Below, piece after piece: positions 8,163 to 18,167 of a stretch of DNA of 58,999 bases. The notes beneath the pieces were generated by a model. That model had not been told where the DNA came from. It made no database searches and saw nothing but the letters and a program-made list of their open reading frames with translations. Every line of letters begins with the position of its first letter. The stretch's first letter is position 1. The stretch covers positions 1 to 58,999 of the forward strand of contig JADHWH010000003.1 in the NCBI GenBank assembly GCA_016783555.1, written 5' to 3'. The DNA is from Candidatus Omnitrophota bacterium. Lineage in GTDB: Bacteria > Omnitrophota > Gorgyraeia > JABMRJ01. The position numbers and the translations under genes are program-made.

Positions 8163-9602
8163 ATGTCATTACAGATATACAACACACTGAGGCGCAGGAA
8201 AGAGGAATTTTGCCCTGCTAAGAAGAGCAGGATGGGGATCTATGTATGCGGCCCCACTGTATATGATGAGCCGCATATCGGGCACGCAAGGAGCGCCTAC
8301 ATCTTTGACGTTATCGTCAAATACCTTAGATTCAGATTCAAAGAGAAGAAGGTTATATTTGTAAGGAATGTCACTGATATCGATGACAAGATTATAGATA
8401 GAGCGCGCCAGGAACCGGGTAGTGAAGAATTAAAGGAAAAAGCCAAGCTAATAGCGGAAAAATATTTAGCGAGCTATCATGAGGATATGAACGCCCTCGG
8501 GCTGGAGAAGCCCGATATAGAGCCGAAGGCGACAGAGACAATCAGGGATATGATCGTTTTTATAAAGACCCTGATGAAAAAGAAATATGCCTATGAGAGT
8601 TCCGGGAATGTCTATTTCAGTGTGAGAAAGTTCAAAGAGTACGGCTCTCTTTCAGGACAGAGCCTGGAAAGTATGCTGGAAGGCGCGCGCGTCGCCGTGG
8701 GTAAAGAAAAGAGGGACCCTCTCGATTTCGCTTTATGGAAGATCTCAAAGAGCGATGAGCCGTATTGGGAAAGCCCATGGGGAAAAGGTAGGCCTGGTTG
8801 GCACATAGAGTGTTCGGTAATGAGCACGAAGTATTTAAAAAGAGACTTCTTAATCCACGGAGGCGGTTTAGATCTGATATTTCCCCATCACGAAAATGAG
8901 ATTGCCCAGACCGTATGCGCCGGCAAGAAGAGCGCTGACTATTGGATTCATAACGGGCTCCTGACTATTGACGGCCAGAAGATGTCAAAGTCCCTCGGGA
9001 ACTTCGTCTCTATAAAGGATATCTTAAAGAGGTATCATCCGGAAGTGCTTAAACTCTTCTTTTTATCCGGCCATTACCGCTCGCCGATCGATTTTACATA
9101 TGAGAAGATGGAGGAGGCCAAGAAGGCCCGGGAGAGGTTCTATATATTGTTTGATAGAATCGACCGCGCTGGAGCCGGAGATGTAAAAGGATGCAGAAAA
9201 CAGAAGACAGAGGACAGAACGGGAGAGATAGAGGAGTTTAAGAGAAAATTCGAAGAGGCGATGGACGATGATTTTAATACACCACTTGCGTTAGGATGCC
9301 TTTATGAGATTGTTAGTATCACAAATAAGATTGCAGATGAGAATCCGCAAAGAGAGCTGTTGCGATATTCCAGGGTCATAGTGCTGAATCTGGGCGGCAT
9401 ATTCGGATTATTTAAGGATAAGAAAGAATTTAAAAAGAGAAAGGACGTCGAAGGCCGCGTACTCGAGGCGATTAAAGAGAGAAAGATCGCGCGTAAACGC
9501 GGCGACTACAAAACGGCAGACAGGATAAGGCAAGGGCTTCTTAAAGAGGGGATCTTACTTGAAGATACAAAGGAAGGGACTGCATGGCGAAGAAAGGTCT
9601 AA
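8163..9602 (+). CDS. cysS: Cysteine--tRNA ligase
   Basis: HIGH motif (PHIGHARS), KMSKS motif, and WHIECS zinc/cysteine-site motif. Confidence 0.95.
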   Translation: MSLQIYNTLRRRKEEFCPAKKSRMGIYVCGPTVYDEPHIGHARSAYIFDVIVKYLRFRFKEKKVIFVRNVTDIDDKIIDRARQEPGSEELKEKAKLIAEKYLASYHEDMNALGLEKPDIEPKATETIRDMIVFIKTLMKKKYAYESSGNVYFSVRKFKEYGSLSGQSLESMLEGARVAVGKEKRDPLDFALWKISKSDEPYWESPWGKGRPGWHIECSVMSTKYLKRDFLIHGGGLDLIFPHHENEIAQTVCAGKKSADYWIHNGLLTIDGQKMSKSLGNFVSIKDILKRYHPEVLKLFFLSGHYRSPIDFTYEKMEEAKKARERFYILFDRIDRAGAGDVKGCRKQKTEDRTGEIEEFKRKFEEAMDDDFNTPLALGCLYEIVSITNKIADENPQRELLRYSRVIVLNLGGIFGLFKDKKEFKKRKDVEGRVLEAIKERKIARKRGDYKTADRIRQGLLKEGILLEDTKEGTAWRRKV

Positions 9603-10243
9603 AGAGAGGCGTATTCATTACCTTTGAGGGTGTTGAGGGGTGCGGGAAGAGCACGCATGCAAAGCTTCTCTACGGGTATCTTGAGCGTAATATGAAATTG
9701 CCCTGCCTCTATACGGTAGAACCCGGCGGTACCAAGACAGGCGATAAGATTAGACGGATATTGCTAAATCCGAAAAATACCTCTTTAAGCAGTATTACGG
9801 AATTATTTTTGTTTGAGGCGAGCCGCTCGCAATTGGTCAAAGAGGTCATAAGGCCCGCCTTGAAAAAGAAGAGTATAGTAATATGCGATAGGTTCTATGA
9901 CGCTACCACGGCATACCAGGGGTGCGCAGGCGCCCTGGGCGTGAGCCTAACGAAGAGGATAAGCCATCTTGCGACGGGCGGATTAAAGCCGGACTTGACC
10001 ATTATTCTGGATATAGATACAAGGAAGGGCCTGCGCCGGGCAGCGCGCCGCCGGGGCAAGGACCGCATGGAAAAAAAGGACCTTTCTTATCATAATCGCG
10101 TAAGGAGGGGCTATATAGAGATCGCAAAGAGAGAACCGCGCCGGGTAAAGCTTATACAGACAAAAAAAGCTATATCCGAGACGCAAGAGTTGATAAGGCG
10201 GGAAGTGCTGAATGTCGTTCAAAGATATAAGACTGCAGGATAA
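9584..10243 (+). CDS. tmk: dTMP kinase
   Basis: FITFEGVEGCGKST P-loop, DRF.. motif, and typical length. Confidence 0.93.
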   Translation: MAKKGLKRGVFITFEGVEGCGKSTHAKLLYGYLERNMKLPCLYTVEPGGTKTGDKIRRILLNPKNTSLSSITELFLFEASRSQLVKEVIRPALKKKSIVICDRFYDATTAYQGCAGALGVSLTKRISHLATGGLKPDLTIILDIDTRKGLRRAARRRGKDRMEKKDLSYHNRVRRGYIEIAKREPRRVKLIQTKKAISETQELIRREVLNVVQRYKTAG

Positions 10244-11180
10244 GGCCGTCGAATTTTTAAAAAGATCTATAGAGACAGAGAGGCTGCCCCATAGCCTTCT
10301 ATTCTTCGGTCCCGAGGCTGTCGGAAAGAAGCTTGCCGCCTTGAATCTTGCAAAGACGCTTAACTGCGAGATGAAAAAGCCGCTTGATTGCTGCGACAGC
10401 TGCCTGAGCTGCAGCAAGATAAATAATTTAAACCACCCCGATGTGACGTGGATAGAACCGGAAGGATCCGGCAATAAGATAAAGATAGAGAAGATCCGGG
10501 CCATGAAGGAAGCGATAGCGCTTAAGCCGTTAGAGGGAAGGGTTAAATTCTTTATTATAGAGAGGGCCCATCTTCTGGCGGATGAGGCGGCGAACAGCAT
10601 GCTGAAGACATTGGAGGAGCCGCCGAAGGACTCTATCATAATACTGATTACAGACGATATCAACAGGATCTTTCCTACGTTGAGATCCCGTTGTCAATGG
10701 GTCTTGTTTTCTGCCTCGAGGCCCGCGGATATCAGGAGATTCCTTATAGATAAGTATAATCTACCCCAGAAAGACGCAAATTTCCTATCGCATTTTTCTG
10801 GAGGAAGGATCGGCAGGGCCATAGCGATGAGAGACGAAGGAAGCCTCCAGTGGAAGAATGAAGTCTTGGACAGATTTTCTAAAGAGGCGATAATATTTGA
10901 CGAGGACCCGTTCTTCTTTAAAAATAAGAGAGAAAAAATCCTGAATATGATGGATGTAATAGCGAGCTGGTATAGGGATCTCTTTATCCTGAAAAATGAA
11001 GGCGATACGTCTCTTCTGGTCAATGCCGACAGGATGGAGGATTTAATCGCGAAGGCAGATTCACTATCTTTGGAAGAGACGAGGGAGATCTTGAATGAAA
11101 CCTTGAAGGCGCGTTACTATGTAGAGCGCAACGTTAATCCGAAATTGGTACTGAGCAATTTAGCGGGGAGGATGAGATAG
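10212..11180 (+). CDS. holB: DNA polymerase III subunit delta'
   Basis: HSLLFFGPEAVGKK P-loop-like motif, a Cys cluster (CCDSCLSCSKI), LKTLEEPP, and position after tmk. Confidence 0.88.
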   Translation: MSFKDIRLQDKAVEFLKRSIETERLPHSLLFFGPEAVGKKLAALNLAKTLNCEMKKPLDCCDSCLSCSKINNLNHPDVTWIEPEGSGNKIKIEKIRAMKEAIALKPLEGRVKFFIIERAHLLADEAANSMLKTLEEPPKDSIIILITDDINRIFPTLRSRCQWVLFSASRPADIRRFLIDKYNLPQKDANFLSHFSGGRIGRAIAMRDEGSLQWKNEVLDRFSKEAIIFDEDPFFFKNKREKILNMMDVIASWYRDLFILKNEGDTSLLVNADRMEDLIAKADSLSLEETREILNETLKARYYVERNVNPKLVLSNLAGRMR

Positions 11181-11990
11181 ATGTTTGAGGTAGTGCAGAT
11201 AAAATTAAGAGAGGCCGGCAATATGAGTTATTATTCAACATCAGGGATAAAGTGCAGTGTCGGTGATTGCGTAATCGTAGAGGCGGACAGAGGCCTCGAA
11301 TACGGCGAGGTTGTTTCTGAACAGGAGCTTGTGCTGGATAAAGATATTACCAAGCCCCTCCTTAAGATAATAAGGAAGGCGACTTCGGGGGACCTTTATC
11401 AGATAGAGAAGAACAGAAAAAGAATAGAAGATATTATGAATACCTGCGAGAAGAAGATCAAAGAACGTAAGCTCGATATGAAGCTGATCGACGCTGAATA
11501 TTCATTTGATAGGTCCAAGATAATATTTTACTTTACCGCCGAAGACAGGATAGATTTCCGGGAGCTTGTAAAAGACCTGGCCAAGATCTTTAAAGCCAGG
11601 ATAGAGCTTAAGCAGATCGGGGTAAGAGACGAGGCCAAGCTTTTGGGCGGATACGGGCCGTGCGGAAGGGTATTGTGCTGCGCGCGATTCTTAAAGAGCT
11701 TCGAGCCGGTCACAATAAAGATGGCGAAGGAGCAAAATCTGTCGCTCAATCCTACGAAGATATCCGGTTGCTGCGGAAGGCTTATGTGCTGCCTGGGGTA
11801 CGAATATAAGACCTACAAAGATCTGATGAAGGGCATGCCGAAGGAAGGGGACATCGTTAAGACCAGACAGGGCAAGGGGAGGGTCGTATCTGTAAATGCT
11901 CTCCGCCGGGAGGCCATGCTGGAATTAGATGACGGCCGGCAGATAAAGATTTCATATGAACCCAGCCCTTCCAAGGAGACAACATTATGA
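11181..11990 (+). CDS. PSP1 C-terminal domain protein (RicT/YaaT-like)
   Basis: PSP1-type sequence with a C-terminal Cys cluster (CGRVLCCARF..GCCGRLMCC). It follows holB, as yaaT does in Bacillus. Confidence 0.85.
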   Translation: MFEVVQIKLREAGNMSYYSTSGIKCSVGDCVIVEADRGLEYGEVVSEQELVLDKDITKPLLKIIRKATSGDLYQIEKNRKRIEDIMNTCEKKIKERKLDMKLIDAEYSFDRSKIIFYFTAEDRIDFRELVKDLAKIFKARIELKQIGVRDEAKLLGGYGPCGRVLCCARFLKSFEPVTIKMAKEQNLSLNPTKISGCCGRLMCCLGYEYKTYKDLMKGMPKEGDIVKTRQGKGRVVSVNALRREAMLELDDGRQIKISYEPSPSKETTL

Positions 11991-12003
11991 AAGGAAGGGC
12001 TGG

Positions 12004-13545
12004 GTGAAAACAAAAAGTAAATTTTATATTACTACGCCCTTATATTATGTGAATGCATCGCCGCATATCGGCCATTCCTACACACAGATCGCCGTCGATA
12101 CCATTTCCAGATTTCACAGAATCTTAGGTGATGACGTATTCTTTATGACAGGCACTGATGAGCATGGCGAGAAGATTGAAAAGGCGGCGCTTGAAGACGG
12201 CTTTAAAGAAGGCGAAGAAAAGAGATTTACAGATAAGATCGTGCCCAATTTTAAGAGGCTCTGGAAGGATTTGAATATCGAATACGACTTTTTCATAAGG
12301 ACCACGGATAGCTATCACGAGAAGACCGTAAAATATATATTGGACATTCTCCATAAGAATAAGGATATCTATAAAGGTGAATATGACGGCTGGTTCTGCG
12401 TACCATGCGAGACCTTCTGGACGCATACACAGGTTGCCGGCGATATCTGTCCCGATTGCAAAAGGCCTCTCGATAAGATAAAGGAAGCCAATTACTTCTT
12501 TAAGATGTCCAAATATCAAAAATGGCTTATTGCGCATATCGAGAAAAATCCGAACTTTATAATGCCTGATTACAGAAAGAATGAGGTGTTGTCATTTCTT
12601 AAGAATCATAGGCTAAATGACCTTTGCGTATCAAGGTCAAAGTCGCGCTTTAAATGGGGGATAGAGCTCCCCTTCGACAAGGAGTATGTAACATATGTGT
12701 GGGTGGATGCGTTGATTAATTATGTAAGCGGCCCGGGACTCCTGAGAGACAAAGGAAAGTTTGAAAGATATTGGCCGGCAGATCTTCATATCATAGGCAA
12801 GGATATACTGCGCCACCACGCCGTATACTGGCCTATTCTGCTCTACGCGGCAGGCATAGAGCCGCCGCGCGCCATATTTGCCCACGGATGGTGGACGACT
12901 AAAGGCGAGAAGATCTCCAAATCGAAAAGGAATATAGTCGACCCATATTATATTATTGAAAAATACGGTGTGGATGCGTATAGGTATTTTCTGTTAAGGG
13001 ATATCCCTTTCGGGCTAGACGGAAACTTCAGCGAGGAGGCCGTCGTGAACCGCTTCAACTCAGACCTCGCGAATGACTTAGGGAACCTGCTCAACAGGAC
13101 GCTGACGATGGTGGAGAAGTATTTTGGGGGAAAGGCTCCAGAGCACAGAGAACAGAGTACAGAATACAGAAAAAAAGTGGAGATGTTGGCAGGAAAAATA
13201 AGAGAGTCTATGGCAGCCTTGAATTTTAGTGATACATTGAATGCGATTTGGGAATTTATAAATAGGGCAAATAAGTCCATAGAAGAGACGGCCCCCTGGA
13301 AGCTCGCTAAGGAGAAAAAGACAACGGAGCTTGCCCAATTTATTTATGGATTGTTGGACATCTTAAGGATTGTTGCGATATCGATATATCCCTTTATGCC
13401 GGGATCGGCGGAAAATATGTGGGGCCAATTGGGGCTTAAGGGTTTTAAAAATATAAAGTTCAAAGATGTGAGAGACGTAGGGGCCATAGCTTTAGGCACG
13501 CGGATTAAAAAAAGCGCACCGTTATTTCCCCGCATTAAAAGATGA
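12004..13545 (+). CDS. metG: Methionine--tRNA ligase (short form)
   Basis: KFYITTPLYYVNASPHIGH (HIGH), a zinc knuckle (CVPCE..CPDC) and KISKSKRN. I prefer the GTG start at 12004, preceded by AGGAAGG, over the in-frame ATG at 11956, which would overlap the upstream gene by 35 nt. Confidence 0.9.
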   Translation: MKTKSKFYITTPLYYVNASPHIGHSYTQIAVDTISRFHRILGDDVFFMTGTDEHGEKIEKAALEDGFKEGEEKRFTDKIVPNFKRLWKDLNIEYDFFIRTTDSYHEKTVKYILDILHKNKDIYKGEYDGWFCVPCETFWTHTQVAGDICPDCKRPLDKIKEANYFFKMSKYQKWLIAHIEKNPNFIMPDYRKNEVLSFLKNHRLNDLCVSRSKSRFKWGIELPFDKEYVTYVWVDALINYVSGPGLLRDKGKFERYWPADLHIIGKDILRHHAVYWPILLYAAGIEPPRAIFAHGWWTTKGEKISKSKRNIVDPYYIIEKYGVDAYRYFLLRDIPFGLDGNFSEEAVVNRFNSDLANDLGNLLNRTLTMVEKYFGGKAPEHREQSTEYRKKVEMLAGKIRESMAALNFSDTLNAIWEFINRANKSIEETAPWKLAKEKKTTELAQFIYGLLDILRIVAISIYPFMPGSAENMWGQLGLKGFKNIKFKDVRDVGAIALGTRIKKSAPLFPRIKR

Positions 13546-14915
13546 TGCTAATAGATACCCACTGCCATTTAGACTTTCCCGAATTTAATCAGGATAGAAA
13601 AGAAGTAATAGAGAGGGCCGCTGAGGCAGGGGTTGCCTACATCGTAAATATTGGAAGCTCCATTGAAGGAAGCCGCCGTTCTGTGGAGCTTGCGAGAGAC
13701 TACCCCTTCATCTACGCCACGTTGGGCATCCATCCGCACTATGCCAAGGATGTAGAGGGAAGGGTCCCGGAAGAGCTAAGGCGTTTGGCAAAAGAAGAGA
13801 AGGTTGCGGCGATCGGCGAGGTTGGGCTGGATTATTACAGAAACCTATCGCCGAAGGATCTTCAAAAAAGCCTCTTTTTAGATTTCATAAATTTGGCAAA
13901 AGAAAAAAATCTGCCCATAGTCATACATTCAAGAGAGGCGCACAAAGAGACATTGGAGATACTTAAAAAAGAGTTTAAGAGTGGTATCAGAGGCGTTATG
14001 CACTGCTTCTCTGCCGACGAGGAGTACTTAAAAGAGTGTCTGGACATGGGGCTTTATCTATCTTTTACGTGCAATTTAACATTTAAGAATGCCAAGGGCC
14101 TGAGGGCCTTGGCGCGGAAGGTGCCCGTAGAGAGGCTGCTTCTTGAGACGGACGCGCCCTTTCTGGCGCCTCAGGAATTCAGGGGCAGACGAAACGAACC
14201 GGCCTATTTGACCTACCTTGTCAAAGAGCATGCCCGGATTCATGGATTGTCTCAAGGTGACATCGCGAGAATAACCACGCATAACGCAGGAGCGCTTTTC
14301 GGTCTGCCTCTTAAGGAGGAGCCGAAGATTGCTTATGCCATCAGGGACTCTTTGTACCTTAATATAACTAATAGATGCACCAACGACTGCGATTTTTGCA
14401 CGAGAAATAAGGGTGATTTTGTAAAGGGCCATAACTTAAGGCTGGAGAGAGAGCCTGCCGTTGGGGATATTATGAAGGCAGTCGGAGACCCGCTGGATTT
14501 TAAGGAGATTGTCTTTTGCGGTTACGGAGAGCCTCTTTTGAGGTTAGACGTTGTCAAAGAAGTCGCCGGGAGATTGAAGAAGAAGGGCGCGCGTATCAGG
14601 ATGGTTACAAACGGAGAAGGTAACGTCATCCATAAAAGGTCCATAGTCAAAGAACTAACCGGCCTTATCGATAGGGTCTCTATCAGCCTGAATGTGGATA
14701 CAGAAAAGACTTATGATAAAGTCTGCAGGAGCAGGTTCGGATCGGGCGTATTTAATAAGATTAAGGAATTTACAAAAGAGTGCAGAGATGCTGGGATGGA
14801 AGTCGAATTGACATTTCTGGATCTTGACGGCGTGGATCTAGCAAGGTGTGAAGAGATAGCAAAGAAGGAACTAGGGGTAAATTGCAGGATAAGAAGGTAT
14901 AACGTAGTCGGCTAA
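13542..14915 (+). CDS. TatD-family hydrolase fused to a TatD-associated radical SAM domain
   Basis: The N-terminal ~255 aa are TatD-like (LIDTHCHLDF ... ETDAPFLAP). The C-terminal ~190 aa carry a CX3CX2C radical-SAM cluster (NRCTNDCDFCTR). Confidence 0.85.
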   Translation: MMLIDTHCHLDFPEFNQDRKEVIERAAEAGVAYIVNIGSSIEGSRRSVELARDYPFIYATLGIHPHYAKDVEGRVPEELRRLAKEEKVAAIGEVGLDYYRNLSPKDLQKSLFLDFINLAKEKNLPIVIHSREAHKETLEILKKEFKSGIRGVMHCFSADEEYLKECLDMGLYLSFTCNLTFKNAKGLRALARKVPVERLLLETDAPFLAPQEFRGRRNEPAYLTYLVKEHARIHGLSQGDIARITTHNAGALFGLPLKEEPKIAYAIRDSLYLNITNRCTNDCDFCTRNKGDFVKGHNLRLEREPAVGDIMKAVGDPLDFKEIVFCGYGEPLLRLDVVKEVAGRLKKKGARIRMVTNGEGNVIHKRSIVKELTGLIDRVSISLNVDTEKTYDKVCRSRFGSGVFNKIKEFTKECRDAGMEVELTFLDLDGVDLARCEEIAKKELGVNCRIRRYNVVG

Positions 14916-14917
14916 AT

Positions 14918-15985
14918 ATGGAAAGACTTAAATGGTTTATTAAAGGCTTAAGGAGATTTGCGACGAGCGAACCGCTGTACGTCTGGATGGTCGTTTTTGT
15001 AATCATGGTCAACCTGATAGTCTTTATAGCCAATTATGGAAGAACGCCCGAACCGCAGGAATTAGGAGACCCCACGTCTAAGGCGCAGATGCTCATTGAG
15101 GGTAAAGAAGAGCTGGAAAGCATAATAGGGGAAGACAAGAACGCCGCCTTTACGCTTTCTTTAGTTGCGATAGGGATGATCTTATTCTTATTTCTTGGGA
15201 TTATCCTGGATCTTATCATACTTATCCGCAGGAATGCGTCAAAAGACCTGTTGGAAAGGACTCTTTTTTTCGGCAGCGTTAATTGGAGCGTGTGGGATGC
15301 GCTGAAGGTCATGATACTCTTCGTCTTTTTTGGATATGTGATTGCGATAACGGAGACCTTTATTATAACGCCGCTTTTTCCCTGCGTTAAGGCAAATAAA
15401 GGAATAGCCTCTATCGTAAATGCAACGATCCTTGACATTATAGCCGTAAGCGCCGTACTATATTTTGTTTTACGCTGTAAAAATAAGATAGGGGATCTGG
15501 GTCTGTCGTTAAAGAATTTTTTCAAAAATATATACTACGGAATCGCGGGATATATCTCTGTGATACCCGTTTTATTTATGGCGCTCCTTCTGACTATAAT
15601 CCTTGTGAATATATTCAAATATAAACCCGCGCCCCAGCCTGTAATGGAGGTATTCTTAGAAGAGGAAAAGACGGCCGTATTGACTTATATGACCTTCTTC
15701 GTTGCTGTTTTGGGGCCTGTTATGGAAGAGATATTTTTCAGGGGTTTTTTGTATAACGCCATTAAGAAGGAGGCAGGCATAAAATCGGCGGTCTTTATAA
15801 GCGCCGTACTCTTCTCTTTCTTACACGCGCACGCAGTCGGGTTTCTGCCTATCCTGGTCTTAGGGGTTTTCTTGGCGTATCTGTATGAGAAGACGGGGAG
15901 TCTTGTTCCGTCTATAACGGTCCATGTTGCGCACAACCTGATTATGGTATTTTTCGTCTTCCTGATAAAAGGTATAAATGTCTAG
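14918..15985 (+). CDS. CPBP-family intramembrane glutamic endopeptidase (CAAX protease-like)
   Basis: Polytopic membrane protein with EEIFFRGF, FSFLHA and HVAHNL motifs. Confidence 0.8.
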   Translation: MERLKWFIKGLRRFATSEPLYVWMVVFVIMVNLIVFIANYGRTPEPQELGDPTSKAQMLIEGKEELESIIGEDKNAAFTLSLVAIGMILFLFLGIILDLIILIRRNASKDLLERTLFFGSVNWSVWDALKVMILFVFFGYVIAITETFIITPLFPCVKANKGIASIVNATILDIIAVSAVLYFVLRCKNKIGDLGLSLKNFFKNIYYGIAGYISVIPVLFMALLLTIILVNIFKYKPAPQPVMEVFLEEEKTAVLTYMTFFVAVLGPVMEEIFFRGFLYNAIKKEAGIKSAVFISAVLFSFLHAHAVGFLPILVLGVFLAYLYEKTGSLVPSITVHVAHNLIMVFFVFLIKGINV

Positions 15986-17102
15986 TCTCGTGAAGCCGAA
16001 GGTTTCTATTGTAAGATGCGATGGCTATGAGGGCACCCGATTAAGGAGCGCTTTAAGGGAGTCTTTGGACCTTATAGGGGGCTTAGGCGCATTTGTGAAG
16101 AGATCAAGCAGGGTCCTGATTAAACCCAATCTCTTGTCCGCCAGGATACCCGATGAGGCCGTAGACACGCATCCGGGATTCGTAAGGGAAGTAGCGGCCC
16201 TTGTAAAAGAGGCAGGGGGTCTGCCCGCGATAGGTGATTCGCCCGGAAGCTTTTTTACCATAAAATCCATTGACGAGGTTTACGAAAAGAGCGGTATTAA
16301 AAGAGTCGCAGACGAGATAGGCGCAGAGCTTGTGAGATTTGACAGGATAGTCCATATAGACGGCTATCCGATAGCGGAGGTGTTTGATAAGTATGATCTT
16401 GTGATAAACTTGCCGAAGCTAAAGACACATTCGCTCGCTATGCTTACAGGCGCCATAAAGAACACGTTCGGATTTGTGCCGGGCTTGAGCAAGGTGCAGT
16501 GCCATAAGAAGGCGCCTCATATAAATGAATTTTCCAAGATATTGGCGGATATATTTTCTATTACAAAACCCGGCCTCTCTATCATGGATGGTATAATAGG
16601 GATGGACGGGGACGGCCCTGCGGCGGGCCGGGCGAGAGAGTTCGGCCTTATATTGGCAAGCCCCGACGCGGCAAGCCTCGACGCCGTATTCTCGCATATC
16701 GCGGGCCTGCCGTATTCCAGGAATATCGTTCTTAAGGAAGTTACTGAAAGAAATCTGGGATGCGGTCGGTTGGGTGATATAGAGGTGGTTGGAGAGAACC
16801 TCGATTCTGTTAGAATAAGAGATTTTAGACTGCCAAAAACGGAATTGATTTACAGACTGCCCAGCTGGCTTTCCGGGCCGATTGCGCGGCTCATAGGATT
16901 TAGTCCGGTTATAAATGAGGTCTCTTGCAAAAAATGTAATATCTGCAAAGAGGCCTGTCCCGTAGGCGCTCTTACTATAGACGAGCATATCTCAAAAATA
17001 GATAAGGCAAAATGCATAAAGTGCTTCTGCTGCCATGAGGTCTGCCCGCACGATGCTATTAATATAAAGAGAAATCTATTTGCTAAGATGATATGGCAGT
17101 AG
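15978..17102 (+). CDS. DUF362 domain protein with C-terminal 2x[4Fe-4S] ferredoxin domain
   Basis: DUF362-like N-terminus (VLIKPNLL..) and two CxxCxxCxxxCP motifs (CKKCNICKEACP, CIKCFCCHEVCP). Confidence 0.75.
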   Translation: MSSLVKPKVSIVRCDGYEGTRLRSALRESLDLIGGLGAFVKRSSRVLIKPNLLSARIPDEAVDTHPGFVREVAALVKEAGGLPAIGDSPGSFFTIKSIDEVYEKSGIKRVADEIGAELVRFDRIVHIDGYPIAEVFDKYDLVINLPKLKTHSLAMLTGAIKNTFGFVPGLSKVQCHKKAPHINEFSKILADIFSITKPGLSIMDGIIGMDGDGPAAGRAREFGLILASPDAASLDAVFSHIAGLPYSRNIVLKEVTERNLGCGRLGDIEVVGENLDSVRIRDFRLPKTELIYRLPSWLSGPIARLIGFSPVINEVSCKKCNICKEACPVGALTIDEHISKIDKAKCIKCFCCHEVCPHDAINIKRNLFAKMIWQ

Positions 17103-17117
17103 CGAAAGCGAGGTAAT

Positions 17118-18167
17118 ATGCCGATCCCGACTATCGAATGGAAAGACGGAAAGATAAAACTGGTTGATCAAACGAGACTACCGGCAGATTTCAGGTATAT
17201 CTATTGCGGCGACTTGAGATCTCTCTGGCAGGCTATAAAGAAACTGAAGGTCAGAGGCGCTCCGGCAATCGGAATAGCCGGCGCGTTGGGCGTTCTCTTG
17301 GTTTCCGAAAAATCAAAGAGAAAGAATTTCAAAAGTTACAAGAGAGAGGTCCTTAGCTCTATAAGATATCTTGCCTCGAGCAGGCCCACCGCAAGAAATC
17401 TCTTCTGGGCTCTCGAAAGAATGGAAAGAGCGCTTTTATCGAATAAGAAGAGAGACGTGGCGGATATCAAGACGATCTTAAAAAAAGAGGCATTCGGGGT
17501 GATAAGAGAAGATAAAGAGATATGCCGAAGGATGGCAGGACATGGGGCTGCTTTAGTTAGAAAGAGAGACCGGATACTTACGCATTGCAATGCCGGAGGG
17601 CTCGCCACCGCAGATTACGGAACGGCCTTAGGGGTTTTATTCGAGGCAAAAAGGCTTAAAAAAGAGATCACTGTTTATGTAGATGAGACAAGGCCGCTTT
17701 TACAGGGGGCGCGGCTTACGAGCTGGGAACTTAAAAAGGCCGGTATAAAGACTATCCTCATCTGCGATAACATGGCTGCGTCATTAATGGCTGAAGGAAG
17801 AATAGATAAAATTTTTGTCGGGGCCGACAGGATTGCCCGTAACGGCGACACCGCAAATAAGATAGGGACATACAGCCTTGCGGTATTGGCAAGATATCAT
17901 AGGGTGCCCTTCTACGTCGTGGCGCCTACTTCGACATTCGACTTAAATCTAACAAACGGCAAGAAGATTCCCATAGAAAAGCGCGATAAAAAAGAGGTAC
18001 TGGAGTTTGGCGGTAAGAGGATCGCCCCAGCCGGCATAGATGCATATAATCCCGCATTCGATGTAACGCCGCATAAACTCATAACAGCCATCGTTACCGA
18101 AGAAGGGGTCTTAAGGCCGCCTTATAATAAGAGTATCAAATACGATGAGACTAAAAGATATAGGTGA
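17118..18167 (+). CDS. mtnA: S-methyl-5-thioribose-1-phosphate isomerase (eIF-2B alpha/beta/delta family)
   Basis: IEWKDGKIKLVDQTRLP, LKVRGAPAIG, THCNAG and GADRIARNGDTANKIGTY motifs. Confidence 0.88.
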   Translation: MPIPTIEWKDGKIKLVDQTRLPADFRYIYCGDLRSLWQAIKKLKVRGAPAIGIAGALGVLLVSEKSKRKNFKSYKREVLSSIRYLASSRPTARNLFWALERMERALLSNKKRDVADIKTILKKEAFGVIREDKEICRRMAGHGAALVRKRDRILTHCNAGGLATADYGTALGVLFEAKRLKKEITVYVDETRPLLQGARLTSWELKKAGIKTILICDNMAASLMAEGRIDKIFVGADRIARNGDTANKIGTYSLAVLARYHRVPFYVVAPTSTFDLNLTNGKKIPIEKRDKKEVLEFGGKRIAPAGIDAYNPAFDVTPHKLITAIVTEEGVLRPPYNKSIKYDETKRYR

